Below the pieces are notes generated by a model that saw only the letters and a list, made by a program, of their open reading frames with translations, was not told where the DNA came from and did no database searches. Made by a program: the position numbers and the translations under genes. 52,239 nt of DNA, from assembly GCA_001938485.1 (NCBI GenBank), contig MQRK01226661.1:1-52239 (forward strand), written 5' to 3'. Positions 1 to 11,700 of this stretch are shown piece after piece (the first letter of the stretch is position 1; each line of letters begins with the position of its first letter). The stretch is from Girardia tigrina. Taxonomy: Eukaryota.

Positions 1-398
1 TAAAACTGATACTGGCTATGCATTTTTTGTAAATATATCATTCGTTTAAAAATTCTCATAATCTCTCATTACTGCGAACACACCGGTGGTCGGTGACTTT
101 TGGTAGGGCGGTGTATATAAACGCAATGGAAAGTGCGTCCTCAACTTTCTAAATACGATTACTCGAGTTGTCGCCAAGACTCTCGAAGTTAAAGTATAAA
201 ATCGGCCAGGGGCCAAATAAACCTTAATCTTTTCAATATAAATTGTAATAAGCTGTATATATAAATAAATTTTGCAAATAATATTAGACTTTTTTCTTAA
301 ATAAATAAAAACACAATTAACACTCAACATACATAATCGGTACATTTTCCTCATTATTAATTATTAAGAGTTCTCCTGATTTATCCGATATCTTTTTA

Positions 399-880
399 AT
401 GAGAACCGTTCCAGTCGAAATCAGAAATGGAAATAAATCGATCAGAGTTATTGCGTTATTAGATGATGGTAGCAACACTAGCTATATCACAAAAGATAGC
501 GTAAAAGGATTAAATATTCAAGGTGAACCCGAAGAGATAAAGATTCATATGCTCAGTGACACAGAGAAAATATTACAAACGGAAAGAGTATCATTGTAAA
601 TCAGCGAAATTGGAGTCCGAGAAAATTGGAGTTTTAAACCATTGGTCGTAAAAACAGTTATAAACGGAATAACTATAATCAATTGGGAAAACATTTCAAA
701 AAATTGGAATCATTTAAAAGATATAAAGTTTCCGAAAATCAAAGAGATGAAACCGTGAAAGTTCTTGTAGGTCTGGATCATCCGGAGCTTCACCAGTCAC
801 TTGAAGAAAAAGTTGGAAACAAACGCGAGAAGAACACGATTGGGGTGGACAGTCGTTTGACAGGTATACGGAAAGATGAC
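399..880 (+). pseudogene. Pao-type aspartic protease (DUF1758-like), with stops and frameshifts
   Basis: ORF 399-599 reads VIALLDDGSNTSYI; homology continues past a TAA and frameshifts to LGWTVV. Confidence 0.75.
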
Positions 881-1907
881 GGAAAAAAGTATCACCAATT
901 TTGGAATATCTCAACCAATTAGCGATGAGATGATGAAAACAATGATCCCAAAATATTTTTGGGAGATAGAGGAATTTGGAAAAACTTCGACAATACCAAT
1001 AAAATTCGATAATAATATACTGGAAATGAAATTGGAAAAGAAAATTTCAGAAAAAGAAATCGGCATTCTAACAAATGAATTAGAATCGTCCATTGAAGAT
1101 TGTGTCAAAATATGCGAAGAGTTCGAGGAAACGAAAGTGCTTTGGGTGAATAGAGAAGAAACAATCAAACAAATGGGAAAAAGTTTGGAAGAAAAGGAAA
1201 GCAAAATTAAAAGGTTGAAAGAGGAGAAAATAGCGTTCAAAGTAAAAGAAATAGAATATGAAAAAATTAAAAATCAAAAGGTGAAGAAAAAACAATTTGA
1301 GATTTCACTGGAACGAACTTTGACAGAGGAGAAACTTGGTTCAGAAATAATTAAATATAGTACAATAAAAAGAGAAAAATGGGTTAAAAATGAAAGAACA
1401 AAAAGTTCAAAAAATGAATTAAGGATCTTTTCTGCAGAAGTAACAGTCAGCGACATGTCAAAAGAAGAACAAGAATCGATAAAAGAAGTTCAAAACGAAA
1501 TAATATGTGAAAAAAGACGTGAAACTTTTGGGAATAAAAATAAAAGAGAAATCGAAATTTCTCAATGCTTGGAAAGAGTTTTGATGTTAACTGTTCAAGG
1601 AGAGCCGCAGTTGAATCGATTCAAAAGGAATATTAAAGTTATCGAGCAAAATGAGAAAAGTATTAGTGTGAGGAGTGATATGATTTGTCGGAAAGACCAA
1701 GGCAGTTTTAAAGTGGAAGGTTATCAAAAGAGTTTGATTGATAGAGAACATTGCACAAAGGAGTTACAAATCAATTGGGTAAACCAATGGATCAAAATTG
1801 CTGAACTTGGAACTCCATCAGATGGATTGGAAAATTCAAAGTCAACTGTTAGTGGATTAAAACATTGGAAATCGAGAATGAAAAAAATCCAATGTTTCGA
1901 AGAATAG
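876..1907 (+). CDS. 343-aa Lys/Glu-rich ORF carrying scattered Pao pol landmarks
   Basis: Open frame containing FWEIEE, ELRIFSAE (similar to RNase H ELHIFSDAS), EQESIKEVQNE and WVNQW. No RT YxDD motif. Confidence 0.4.
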   Translation: MTEKSITNFGISQPISDEMMKTMIPKYFWEIEEFGKTSTIPIKFDNNILEMKLEKKISEKEIGILTNELESSIEDCVKICEEFEETKVLWVNREETIKQMGKSLEEKESKIKRLKEEKIAFKVKEIEYEKIKNQKVKKKQFEISLERTLTEEKLGSEIIKYSTIKREKWVKNERTKSSKNELRIFSAEVTVSDMSKEEQESIKEVQNEIICEKRRETFGNKNKREIEISQCLERVLMLTVQGEPQLNRFKRNIKVIEQNEKSISVRSDMICRKDQGSFKVEGYQKSLIDREHCTKELQINWVNQWIKIAELGTPSDGLENSKSTVSGLKHWKSRMKKIQCFEE

Positions 1908-3014
1908 AGAATTGGAAGAGGAGAAAGAAAAAGGATGAAGTGATCCAAATAATTGATAGTTGGAAAAAGAGAAAGAAAAATCAGGTCAATTCCACAAGAA
2001 GAACCACTCAATCTTAACAAAGTTCTTATGAATTGCCAAAGAAAAGAAACTGTAAATAAATTTGTAAAAAAATGTAAATAACAAGCTGGTTGTTAAAATT
2101 GGTCTTCCATAAATGATAGTTCTTTTGTGGCAAAATTTGGTTATAATCTTTTCATTTGTTAGTGAAGATTAAGAGGTTTCAATACAACCATATGATAAAA
2201 TAAAAGGCTAAATGTTCGGTCAAAGGGGGGGGGGAGAATTTGGAGCGGAGAATTGCCAATTTGACCGAACATTTTTGCCAGTTTCAGTATATAAATAAAA
2301 TATATAATTAAAATAATTAAATTAAATAAATAAAGTAATTAAAAAGAAATTAAATAAATAAAATCAAATAAATTAAAGAAATAAATTAAATTAAAATCAA
2401 AAGAATAAATAAAATTAATAATAAATGAATTAAAAATAATGTAACGTAAAAACTCTGGATAAAATAAACCAACATACGACAATGATGTCGAAGAATAGAA
2501 TCGGTTAAAACTTTAAAAAATGGTTGCATTTAGTAAGCCAAACTAAAACGATAATAAATTTTGATAGGTTTGTAGATTTATTCGAATTATATTCCATATA
2601 GCCTTCGTAATCGAATGTTTTTAATTTCGGTCAGATTGTGAGCCTCCTTTTTGAATGAATATACAAAAGGAGTGTGTGTTTTGTTTGTTTGATTGTTATC
2701 GAATGGTAATGGCTTGTGTGTTTTTTTGATGTGTGTTTTGTTTGATGTGAGTGTAAAAAAGAATCTGATTGGGTGTGTCGAGTTGTATGTGTGTGAATGC
2801 ATGTTAAATGTGAATTGTAATCACAATTAAAAGTTTTCAATTTTTTTAAAAATGTCAATTTAAGTGTTTTTTTGGCGAAAGAATAAATATTTGAAAACAA
2901 ATAAAAAAAATTTAAATAATTTAAATAAATTAATCTGTAAATCCACCAACAAAATCAAAGGATCTTTTTCGATTTCTGTAGTTTTAACACGAATTTTCTG
3001 ATTGATAATTGAGT

Positions 3015-3320
3015 ATGTATCACGGTGTGAATGTTCCCAAGAACAATACGAATAATGAAGTGATTAGTCGACAAGACGTTTTTAATTGGATCAATAAAAC
3101 TCTGAATTTCCAATACCATCGGATCGAGGATCTGGCATCGGAATCGGCCTATTGTCTCTTGATTGACATATTTTTCCCAGGAACTTTATCAATTCGTATA
3201 GTTAAAGTTGATGCTAAATTAGAGTACGAAATGTTGAATAATTATAAAATACTTCAAAATTTTCAAAATAAAAGTACAGTCACCCGAACACCGGGTGGCT
3301 TTGACTCGGGTCAGTTGTGA
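3015..3320 (+). pseudogene. MAPRE: EB1/MAPRE (BIM1-like) microtubule plus-end binding protein, N-terminal CH domain only, truncated
   Basis: ISRQDVFNWINKTLNFQYHRIEDLASESAYCLLIDIFFPGTLSIRIVKVDAKLEYEMLNNYKILQ matches the EB1 N-terminus (SRHDMLAWIN...IEQLCSGAAYC...FPG...VKFQAKLEHEY.QNFKILQ). Similarity ends near 3275, next to a Gypsy relic. Confidence 0.85.
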
Positions 3321-3392
3321 ATTGAAGGATGTTCGGGGAATCATAGTGAAAAACATTGCCAATGAAATTCAAAAAGAGAGATCTCTGAGTGC

Positions 3393-4307
3393 TTATGATA
3401 AATCGAGAAACATTTCTTCTCCTCCAAAAATATCATGGAGACACGACTTCCTGTCCATCGTGTTCTCTTTTGTTTTTGTCGTATATGTTTTATACTTTTG
3501 GCATGATTCACAACTGCGTATAATCTCTTTTATCTTACCTTTCAGCTTGTCAAAATCCTTAGAGTCTCTTAAATAGTACTCAACTTTTCTTGCACCCGCG
3601 TGTGCCAACATCCGATGGGTTTCCCAGATAATATCTTCGGGTGACTTTGTGGTTTCATCTTCTGATACAACATACAGTGCACGCGTCTTGATTTTTTCTT
3701 TCTTAGCTTCCTCATGTTGGATCAAACATTGAGTACACGTATCACAATTCATCCTTGAAAGCATATCAGCATTCGTGTGCAAAGATCCTTTTCGAAATTC
3801 TAACTTCATATCCAGACTGCTCAGATAGTTAATCCACGTTTGAAACTGCGATGTTATTGGTTTCTTAGTGTTCAGCATAAACGTGATTGCTTTATGGTCG
3901 GTACGTAAAGTAAACCGTTTACCATATAGAAAATGTCTAAAATGGTTACAAAAATAATACATGGCAAGCAATTCTTTTTTTGTAACACAATAGCCCTTCT
4001 CGTGGCTATTCATTGATCGCGACCCATAAGCTACAACTCTTTCTTTTCCTTGGTCGTCCCTCTGTGCTAACACGGCTCCAATCGTATCGAAACTAGCATC
4101 CGTATCTAGAATAAAATCTCTTTTCATGTCTGGAAGACACAATACCGGGCTTGTCATTAATACATTCTTCATCTCTTCGAATGCTAACTCTAACTCACTT
4201 GTCCAATTGAGTTTTTTATTGTAATTCGATCCGCATAGTTGTTCTAATACTCTGGCTTTCTTTGTATACTCTTTTATAAATCGTCGATAATAGTTACAAA
4301 TGCCCAA
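3393..4307 (-). pseudogene. RT connection, RNase H and integrase zinc-binding domain (truncated)
   Basis: GICNYYRRFI, DTDASFDTIGAVL, KELLA, TDHKA, NADMLSR, HRMLAHAG...CESCQK. Confidence 0.9.
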
Positions 4308-5141
4308 AAAACTGCATAAGTTTTTAACACACTTTGGCTTCCCAAACGTTCTTATTGCTTTAATCTTAGACGGGTCCGTTTTAACACCGTCTTCGTTAAC
4401 TATATGTCCAAGGAATTAGATTTTCCGTTTCAATAATTGACATTTTTCTGGGTTCACCCGCAATCCTGCTTTCCTAATATTATCTAAAACTTGATTCAAA
4501 ACAATACAGTGTTGCTCCCGATCTTTTGTGTATACCAAGATATCATCTAAGTATACAGTGGCACACTTGATTCCTCCGACTACCTTTGTCATCATCTCTT
4601 GGAAAGTTCCCGGTGCAGCCGCTATACCAAACGGCATACGAGTAAAACAATACTGTCCTTACTTTGTAGAAAAAGCCATTTTATCCTGAGATTCTTCGTC
4701 CAGCTCAACCTGATAATAAGCATTTCCAAGGTCAATAGAGCTAAAATACTTTGCACCTCCTAAAGCATCCAACATCTCATCAAGATTAGGCATCGGAAAA
4801 GCTTGTCTCTCTGTTATTGCATTTAAACGCCTAAAATCCAAACAGATACGAATATCTTTCTTCTCTTTTTTCCACACACAAATTAATGGTGTGTTCCAAG
4901 GTGAATTACACTTCCGAATGATATTATTATCATACAAATTTTTTATAGTCTCCATGATTTTTTCTTCGAGATGCATTGGTTGACGAAAAGGTTTTAAATT
5001 AATGGGGTCTCCATTCGTCTTAATATGATGTTTTGCTAAGCTTGTACATCCGATATCCCATTTGTCAGCCATGAATACTTCTGCCTGATTCTGAATGACC
5101 TCTAACAGTTTTGAATCTACTTTACCTATGCAATCTAACAC
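4308..5141 (-). pseudogene. Gypsy reverse transcriptase with in-frame stop and frameshift
   Basis: SPWNTPL, CLDFRRLN, IDLGNAYYQ, MPFGI, VYLDDIL. Confidence 0.92.
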
Positions 5142-5715
5142 TCTTTAATCTCTCTCCTGGCCTTATCACCCTGCCGAATTTTGCCTCGATGTTACACACA
5201 CTTCCACGTGCTTCCCATGATACATTATTGACTTGAGATTCGTTCCTTTGTATGTAATAACCGAAAATTTTCATGAATACTATGCCTCCTATCAGTTCCG
5301 GAACCACACTATCCACAACAATAAATGGTACTGCTTTCCTTGTTTGACATATATCTTCTTCTACCTCTATTTTACCCAATACTTTCAATTTTCCATCGGT
5401 GGCACCTCTCAAATTGATATCGCATTTTTCTAACACCAAATTATTCAAATCTTGATAATACTTCTTACTCATAACATTAACACCTGCTCCTGTATCCAAC
5501 AAACACTCCCACTGTTTCCCCTGAATTTCCACTGTAACGCTCGGACGCCCCTGCATTTTACTATAACATATCTCTGATTTCTGATCCTCAATCAACGCGT
5601 TAACATAAAATACTTGCTCAAAATTCTTTTTCACAAATCCATAGACCTTATTCATCGTTCGCACATCCAGCTCGCATCCGAATCCGTGGGAATTATCTTC
5701 TAAGATCAGTGGCAT
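5122..5715 (-). CDS. Retroviral-type aspartic protease
   Basis: ECLLDTGAGVNVM and LIGGIVFM motifs. Confidence 0.85.
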   Translation of the reverse strand: MPLILEDNSHGFGCELDVRTMNKVYGFVKKNFEQVFYVNALIEDQKSEICYSKMQGRPSVTVEIQGKQWECLLDTGAGVNVMSKKYYQDLNNLVLEKCDINLRGATDGKLKVLGKIEVEEDICQTRKAVPFIVVDSVVPELIGGIVFMKIFGYYIQRNESQVNNVSWEARGSVCNIEAKFGRVIRPGERLKSVRLHR

Positions 5716-6795
5716 TTGGCTCCCACCAACTCCCCAATTGGCGGAGCCCAGTCGTTTGGGTACGTCTTATTGTTTTTTTCTTCATTATCCTCAAATACGC
5801 GTTCTTCATCTTCGTTCATTGTGTTGATTTTAAATTTCCGATCATTATACTGCATTCCCGCTCTTCCATTGCCGTAACCATTATTCTGTCTGCCAGAGTT
5901 CACTAAATATGCCGCTGCTAGATGCCCATTCCGGCCACATTTTTCACAGCGTATCTCTGGACATTGAGTTCGCCTATGTTCCTTTTTTCTGTACAAGAAA
6001 CAAACCAATGGCTGTCTGTTAGGACAGTTTCGACTGATGTGCCCAGTCTCTTTACAATTCCAACACTGCACAGGTCTTCTTTGTTGGCAGTTTCGGCTGA
6101 AATGTCCTGGTTGATGACAAGTATAACATTTGAACTCGGTTGATTCCTCTATTGGGAGTTGTTTTCTCGGCTGACTCTGATTTACCCATTTTTTAGTTAC
6201 CTCAGGAGCCCTGTTGTTTTGAACAACCTCTCGATAACTTCGGACAGCATTGATCCTGTTTTTCTTTTCGTGGTTTATTTCGTCTACGAGTGCAACGAAC
6301 TCAGATATTTCCTTGACACTCTTTAATTTCCGTAATTTAATTTCACGAACAACATCTTCATCATCAATGCAATGAATTAACATTTGAGCTTTTATCTCTT
6401 CTTCCTCGAGTCTATGCAACAACGCATTTTTTACCAACCGGTCTACCTTTTTGAAAAAGGTCTGTGCGTTATTAGCACCTTTGCGATAACTCAACAGTTT
6501 TTTCCCAATCCGTCGCGGCTGCTCTCGGCTTCTCAAACGCTAGTCTTAGCTGATCCTCAAAATTATCAGCTTTACCAGCTGTGTTCTCATATGCTTCCAA
6601 GAGATCTTCATGTATCATAGAGTAAATACATGTTTGCCATTTCTTTTGATTAATTTCCGCTGCTTCAAAATATCTTCTGCAGCAAGAAATAAATTTCTCA
6701 AGGTCTTCTCTGATCTGGAACATGTCGGGAATCAGTCGGTTCGTGATTGAATCCGCTAGCGCTGCCACCATGTTAGGTTGGGAATTATCTTCCAT
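5706..6795 (-). pseudogene. gag: Gag with two intact and two degenerate CCHC zinc knuckles; frameshift near 6500
   Basis: ORFs 6472-6795 and 5706-6536. Knuckles CYTCHQPGHFSRNC, CWNCKETGHISRNC, CFLYRKKEHRRTQC, CEKCGRNGHLAAAY. Confidence 0.9.
5718..5760 (-). promoter_or_regulatory. -1 programmed ribosomal frameshift signal (C CCA AAC plus stem-loop)
   Basis: Heptamer CCCAAAC in gag frame at 5754-5760, 5-nt spacer, stem ggctcc-gccaa/ttggt-g-ggagcc. The -1 frame is open straight into the protease ORF. Confidence 0.8.
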
Positions 6796-6972
6796 TCTAA
6801 ATCAAAACAAATTAAAAACTTGCAAAATTTATTAATCTACAACAGTTTAAATTTGTTATTTAAACAAATTTAATTTTTTTATTTTCTTTTTTTTATTTCT
6901 ATTTTCTATTATTTTTTTTAATTTCTATTATAATTCGAAATTTTTAAAAACCAAAATTCTTATTTCTGAAAA

Positions 6973-7900
6973 TTAAAAAATTAACAACAACACTCTCTTA
7001 CAATCTTTATCTGTGACATTAATATTTTCAATTTTGCAAAGGAACTTCATTCTTTTTGCTTCCAAGTGGCACTTCAAATGAAGATCGTTCAGTCTTTCAA
7101 TTTCTCTCACCAAAGCGACACCGCATACACTTTTAGTCAGCTCCTTCGGAATTCTCGTCATTACATCTGCTTTATTCAGCTTGCTCGGCACAAACTCTAT
7201 ACTAATAGTTAAATTAAAATCATTGCAAATTTCTTTAATAATAGATAACCGCCGTCTGATGAGCAATTCTGAAAAAGCACTCGTGTTTAGTCGAGACTTA
7301 CTTGTTAACACGTCATTCACCCAGGCAACCACAAATTTGTTATCACACTTCACTGTGATGTCTGTCATTCCCAATTTCACGCATAAATTCAACCCCCTAA
7401 CAACCGCTTCCAACTCCACTATATTGATGTGCCGTGAATCATCCTTTTTCCTTAACCAAGATCCATCCTCGATGATTTTACCATTAACTTCCAGCAAAAC
7501 CCCCAACGCGATTAAATTAGCATCGAACCACAGAGTACACGTTTTGCATTCTCCAATGCTCCAGATGCCTCGACAACGGTCATTTTCTGCAACTCTTTCC
7601 AAGATCCATTTCATCTTCTCCATCACCGACATGTCCACTGGTGAGTCCCAATCACCCTCCGATGCTCGTTTGAGATGAGAACATGCCAATCGTAACCATG
7701 ACGCCATAGGGTAGATGCCAGTAAGTTGTCCGCATAAAGAATAAAGCTCTTGCCGTGACATCGGTTCAGATAAATCTTCGACGCGAATCCGATTCGCTCG
7801 GTTCCACACCATGCTCCCGTTGATGTTGTTGACTTCCAATCCAAGCACTCTTACTTTTGTGTCACGATTAACACGCTCAGATTGTTTGCACTCTAACCCT
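6973..7900 (-). mobile_element. Gypsy-like pol fragment (RT C-terminus, RNase H, start of integrase zinc finger); same family as the 17-20 kb element
   Basis: SRQELYSLCGQLTGIYP, LWFDAN, IIEDGSWLRKKDDSRHINIVELEAV, NKADVMTR; homologous to ORFs 18330-18872 and 17186-18217. Confidence 0.85.
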
Positions 7901-7914
7901 GGATAATTCTATGC

Positions 7915-8073
7915 CGAACATCGTAATCTTGATTCTTTCTGACAATTTGGGTAAGTGTGGCAACATGTGAGGAAAGTTTTTCGAAGCTCAAATTGATAAA
8001 AAACTATTTGAGATCAACAATGACTAATTTATAGCTCACTAATCTTGCAATTTTGTCCATTGAACATGAGCTA
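7915..8073 (+). mobile_element. hAT transposase C-terminal dimerisation-domain fragment
   Basis: Translates as VSVATCEESFSKLKLIKNYLRSTMTNL*LTNLAILSIEHEL. Confidence 0.85.
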
Positions 8074-11000
8074 GTGTAAACAATATAAGAAATATAGGGA
8101 GGCGGAAACGACCACCCAATCTAGTGGTACCGGTAGAGGCCGAATGAAAAGAACCCCGGTAAAAACCATGACACGGTTCACCAGCCATACAAATTTATGT
8201 AGGACCAAACGGGTAATTTTGCCAACTGATAATAAAAATTAACTATTGTTATCAAATTTCATTGGTCCTGTACGCATAATATAAATACATAAAACATATC
8301 AGTTATAATTATCACCCGTTTTTTTATTAACAAAAATATATGTCTTCTAACAATTCCAAAGAGCGGAAATAATAAAAATAATATATTCATAAAATATTAT
8401 TTGATAATAATATTAATTAACTAAATAATAAATAATACCTATATTAATAAAAATAATATATTCTGTAATCTATGTTAATATATTTTATTTTATATAACGA
8501 AAGTAACATTGTAAATAATAAAATTTTTATAACTATTTTTGTTTAAAAGCAACAAATGTTGACAAATATTAAATAAAATCACCTTTTATGTTCTTTTTAA
8601 TTATGTTTGAATGATTTGGCTTTTATTATTATTTATTATAAAAGGAAAACATTTGCAGATGCGTGAAAGTCAAATGGTAAATATTATATTATTTATATTT
8701 TAGCAGTATTATTTTAGAATATTATTTTGAACACCGATTTGCATCATGCGTGACATGAGGGCTTTGAGGGCTGCACGAAACGATTTATCAAGAAATATTC
8801 TATATGAGCATATTATCATAATATATGACGTTTAAAAATAAATTGTGAAAAATGGCGTTCACTTTTTAATAACAAATTTTATTGGTAAAAATTAAAATGA
8901 TTATTAATTATTTAAAAATTATTTAATTATTAGTAAAATCATTTAAAATTTGCAATCATAATTAACTAAAAATAAATTCCAATATTAAATTTTAATTTTA
9001 ATTAAATTAATTTTAGATAACAAGAATTAAAGTACAAATCGGCTGTCTGAGTGGGAGTGACACACTGCCCAATCAAAACACAACATTCAAACACAAATCA
9101 TCAAACATTCTTCACCATTCCCAAATCTTTAAAATATTAAATTTTAAATCTTTTAAAATAATATCAATTATTTAGAACCTCAATAATTCAAAATCTTTAT
9201 ATTGCTTTTAAAAAAATTCATTTTAGAAATTATTATTTATTTCAATATTATTTATTTCAAAATTTAATTTTTCTTATAGAAAATTTATAATTAAAAATTA
9301 TTTAAATTTCGATCAGCAAAACGATAATTCACGAACTTCTTTTCAATTGTTTCCGAAAATTTACCGGAAAAGATCAATTTTCAATCAAGTCAATATATAA
9401 AGTCACTAAGGTCTTTTTACAATAAGTAAATTGGTGCAATTGAATTATGAACGGATCAAACATTCATCATTAACATTCTTCATCATCAATGAAGAATTTC
9501 TTTGGAAATTTCATAATTTTCGAATTATGAAAATTATTGAAATTATGATTAATTATCGAAAATTATGAGTAGATTTAAATTGTATTTAAATTGAATTTGT
9601 TTAACTGAATAAATATTAAAATAATCTGTTTCAAATTTCTGATCACAAATTATTATAAAAAAAAATTATCGGTGTTGCATAATAATGGATAACTTCGATT
9701 CATTTATTGAAATGGAATTCGTAGTACAATTTTCAACAAATGAAGTATTTCCGCTTGATTTAAATATATTTAAATACACTTCATTTATCAATAACTTCTA
9801 GAACTCGCCTTTCTCCAATTCTTCGAAGAATTTCCGGGCCAGGTCATTGTTCGGAACATCGAGATTCTTGGACTATGTTCCATCGTGTCGAAGGAACGAT
9901 TACATTGTGTGGAACATAAAGTGACCAGAGAGATCCGGGAGGAAAATGGTCCTTGGAAATTCAAAATAAACCGAAAGACATGAAAATGACGTTTGTTCAT
10001 TTGTTCTATCAGTTCTAACAATATACTTTGAGTAGATTTTCAATCAACGTTATCAAAACAGAGGGAACCAACAAACTGGATTTAGTAAAGCCTAAACCCC
10101 TTACAGATCTATTGCGAAAAATGATTAAGCCAGATTTTATCAATAATGTGACCGATATTATCATTATTCAACTGACGAAATATATGACGGTAAATTGATC
10201 AATCGTTTAATCTAAGATTCCAATGAATGCCTCACGATTTAGGGCTGTATGCACAGTTATAAAGAATTTCAGTTAGACCTCGGTAAAAGAAACAGAATCT
10301 TCCAACAATATTCCCAAGATTTGTTACTTACTGTCATTAATGGCTTCCAAAATTTCTATGTCCTCAAGCCACTAAACGCAAATGTCAGTGAATATTGATG
10401 TTAAGTGTTTTTTGATCATATAATTTACAGAAGCCACTCACTCCTACAAAACGGCGTAGGACTAGAAGTCAAGCAGAGATGGTTGAAACAAGTAAGGATA
10501 AAGTTTTGAACTTTATTCTACAGAGTCACCATCTCGGGAGAAGCTATCGACAATTAGAAGTAAGTTGATGTTTGCGATTTCAAGTATCAGTTTTTATTTT
10601 TTTAATTATTTACTACAAGTAATATAAAATAATTAGCTATTATAAAATATAAAATAATAGCCATTATAAAATAATAAATACTGATAATTGTTAATAATAA
10701 ATAATATAATTAAAAACCAATCAAACTGTGCATTGTCATAGTACATATTATAAACTATACAAATTATACGCCTGCAAAATTGAATTGAAACGAAAAATAT
10801 TTTAATTTCAAGCAGACTAAATATTGGAATGGCTATAATTTTCTTGAGGCAGAAAATCTTCTATGTCAATACACGATCGTTGTTGGAACAATTCTGCGCC
10901 ATGGTTTGAATGATCCTTATTAAGACTGCTTGCAAAATAACCCTACTGCATCATTTGGATGAAATACGCTTTCATCAAAGGATTTTTTTTCAGGTTTCGG

Positions 11001-11254
11001 AAAAGATTGTGATCAGGAGCTAAATATGGTCGTTGGTGTAGGAATTCTTATTTCGATTTTTGCCATGATCAAAATACTTTTTCGCTGTCATTTCTTGTAT
11101 TTATTATTTGTTTTCTTTTTTACATACTTGCTAAGACATTCGAATATATTGGACAATTATATTTCAATTTCCTATTATAACTTGTCAAACCCAAGAAACT
11201 AACTAAAAACTCCTTTCGATACAATCTTTACTGATTGCATATCAAAAAAACTAA

Positions 11255-11700
11255 AGTACATTCTTTATTCTTTGAAAATGTTTTTTCTTGTTTCATTGCT
11301 GTGTTTACATGGAGGACAGAATGTAAATATGTGGAGAAAATTTAGCTTCGCTTCACCATTCTGAATACCACGTTTTTCAGAAATAGATGTTAGTTGCTAA
11401 GATGTGCTTAAGATTTTATAAAAAAAAATAAAATAAAATTTTTGTCCAAATTTATAGCAAAAATTGTCATAGATTTAACAAATTGAAGTAAAATTCATGA
11501 GAAAATTATAATAATTATAAAAAGTTTATAAGATTAAACAAACTGACCTGGACAAGCTGTGTAACGGCATCATTATCGAGCATCTTGGACAACATGCTCA
11601 TTATACCCTTCAAAGATAATCCCGATACATCATGAAAATGAAACCAGCTGATCATTTCCAAATACGTTGTGTAGTAGAACCCTTCAGTTTTATTTCCAAA
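11255..11700 (-). other. Possible spliced host-gene fragment of unknown function
   Basis: Open exon ...FYYTTYLEMISWFHFHDVSGLSLKGIMSMLSKMLDNDAVTQLVQ, then a GTCAGT donor, an AT-rich intron, a TTAG acceptor and an in-frame exon QLTSISEKRG... Confidence 0.3.

Larger units (their letters stand above)
380..2290 (+). mobile_element. BEL/Pao LTR retrotransposon relic, heavily deleted internally
   Basis: Aspartic protease motif ALLDDGSNTSYIT, then LVGLDHPEL, ARRTRLGWTV and YFWEIEEFG, all typical of Pao polyproteins. A G-rich polypurine tract lies at 2225-2238. Confidence 0.75.
3393..6795 (-). mobile_element. Ty3/Gypsy LTR retrotransposon (gag-PR-RT-RH-INT zinc finger), degraded and 3'-truncated; LTRs not seen
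   Basis: Domain order: gag with CCHC knuckles, LLDTGA protease, RT (CLDFRRLN, YLDD), RNase H (DTDAS, ADMLSR), integrase HHCC (HRMLAH...CESC). Confidence 0.95.

Noticed and set aside
3278-3646. 11-bp inverted repeat AGTCACCCGAA suggesting an inversion or TIR element
   Set aside because: The Gypsy reading frame runs through one copy and there is no TSD.
5687-6792. 14-bp direct repeat TGGGAATTATCTTC at the starts of gag and pol
   Set aside because: Short, within coding sequence, and no mechanism is evident; probably chance.
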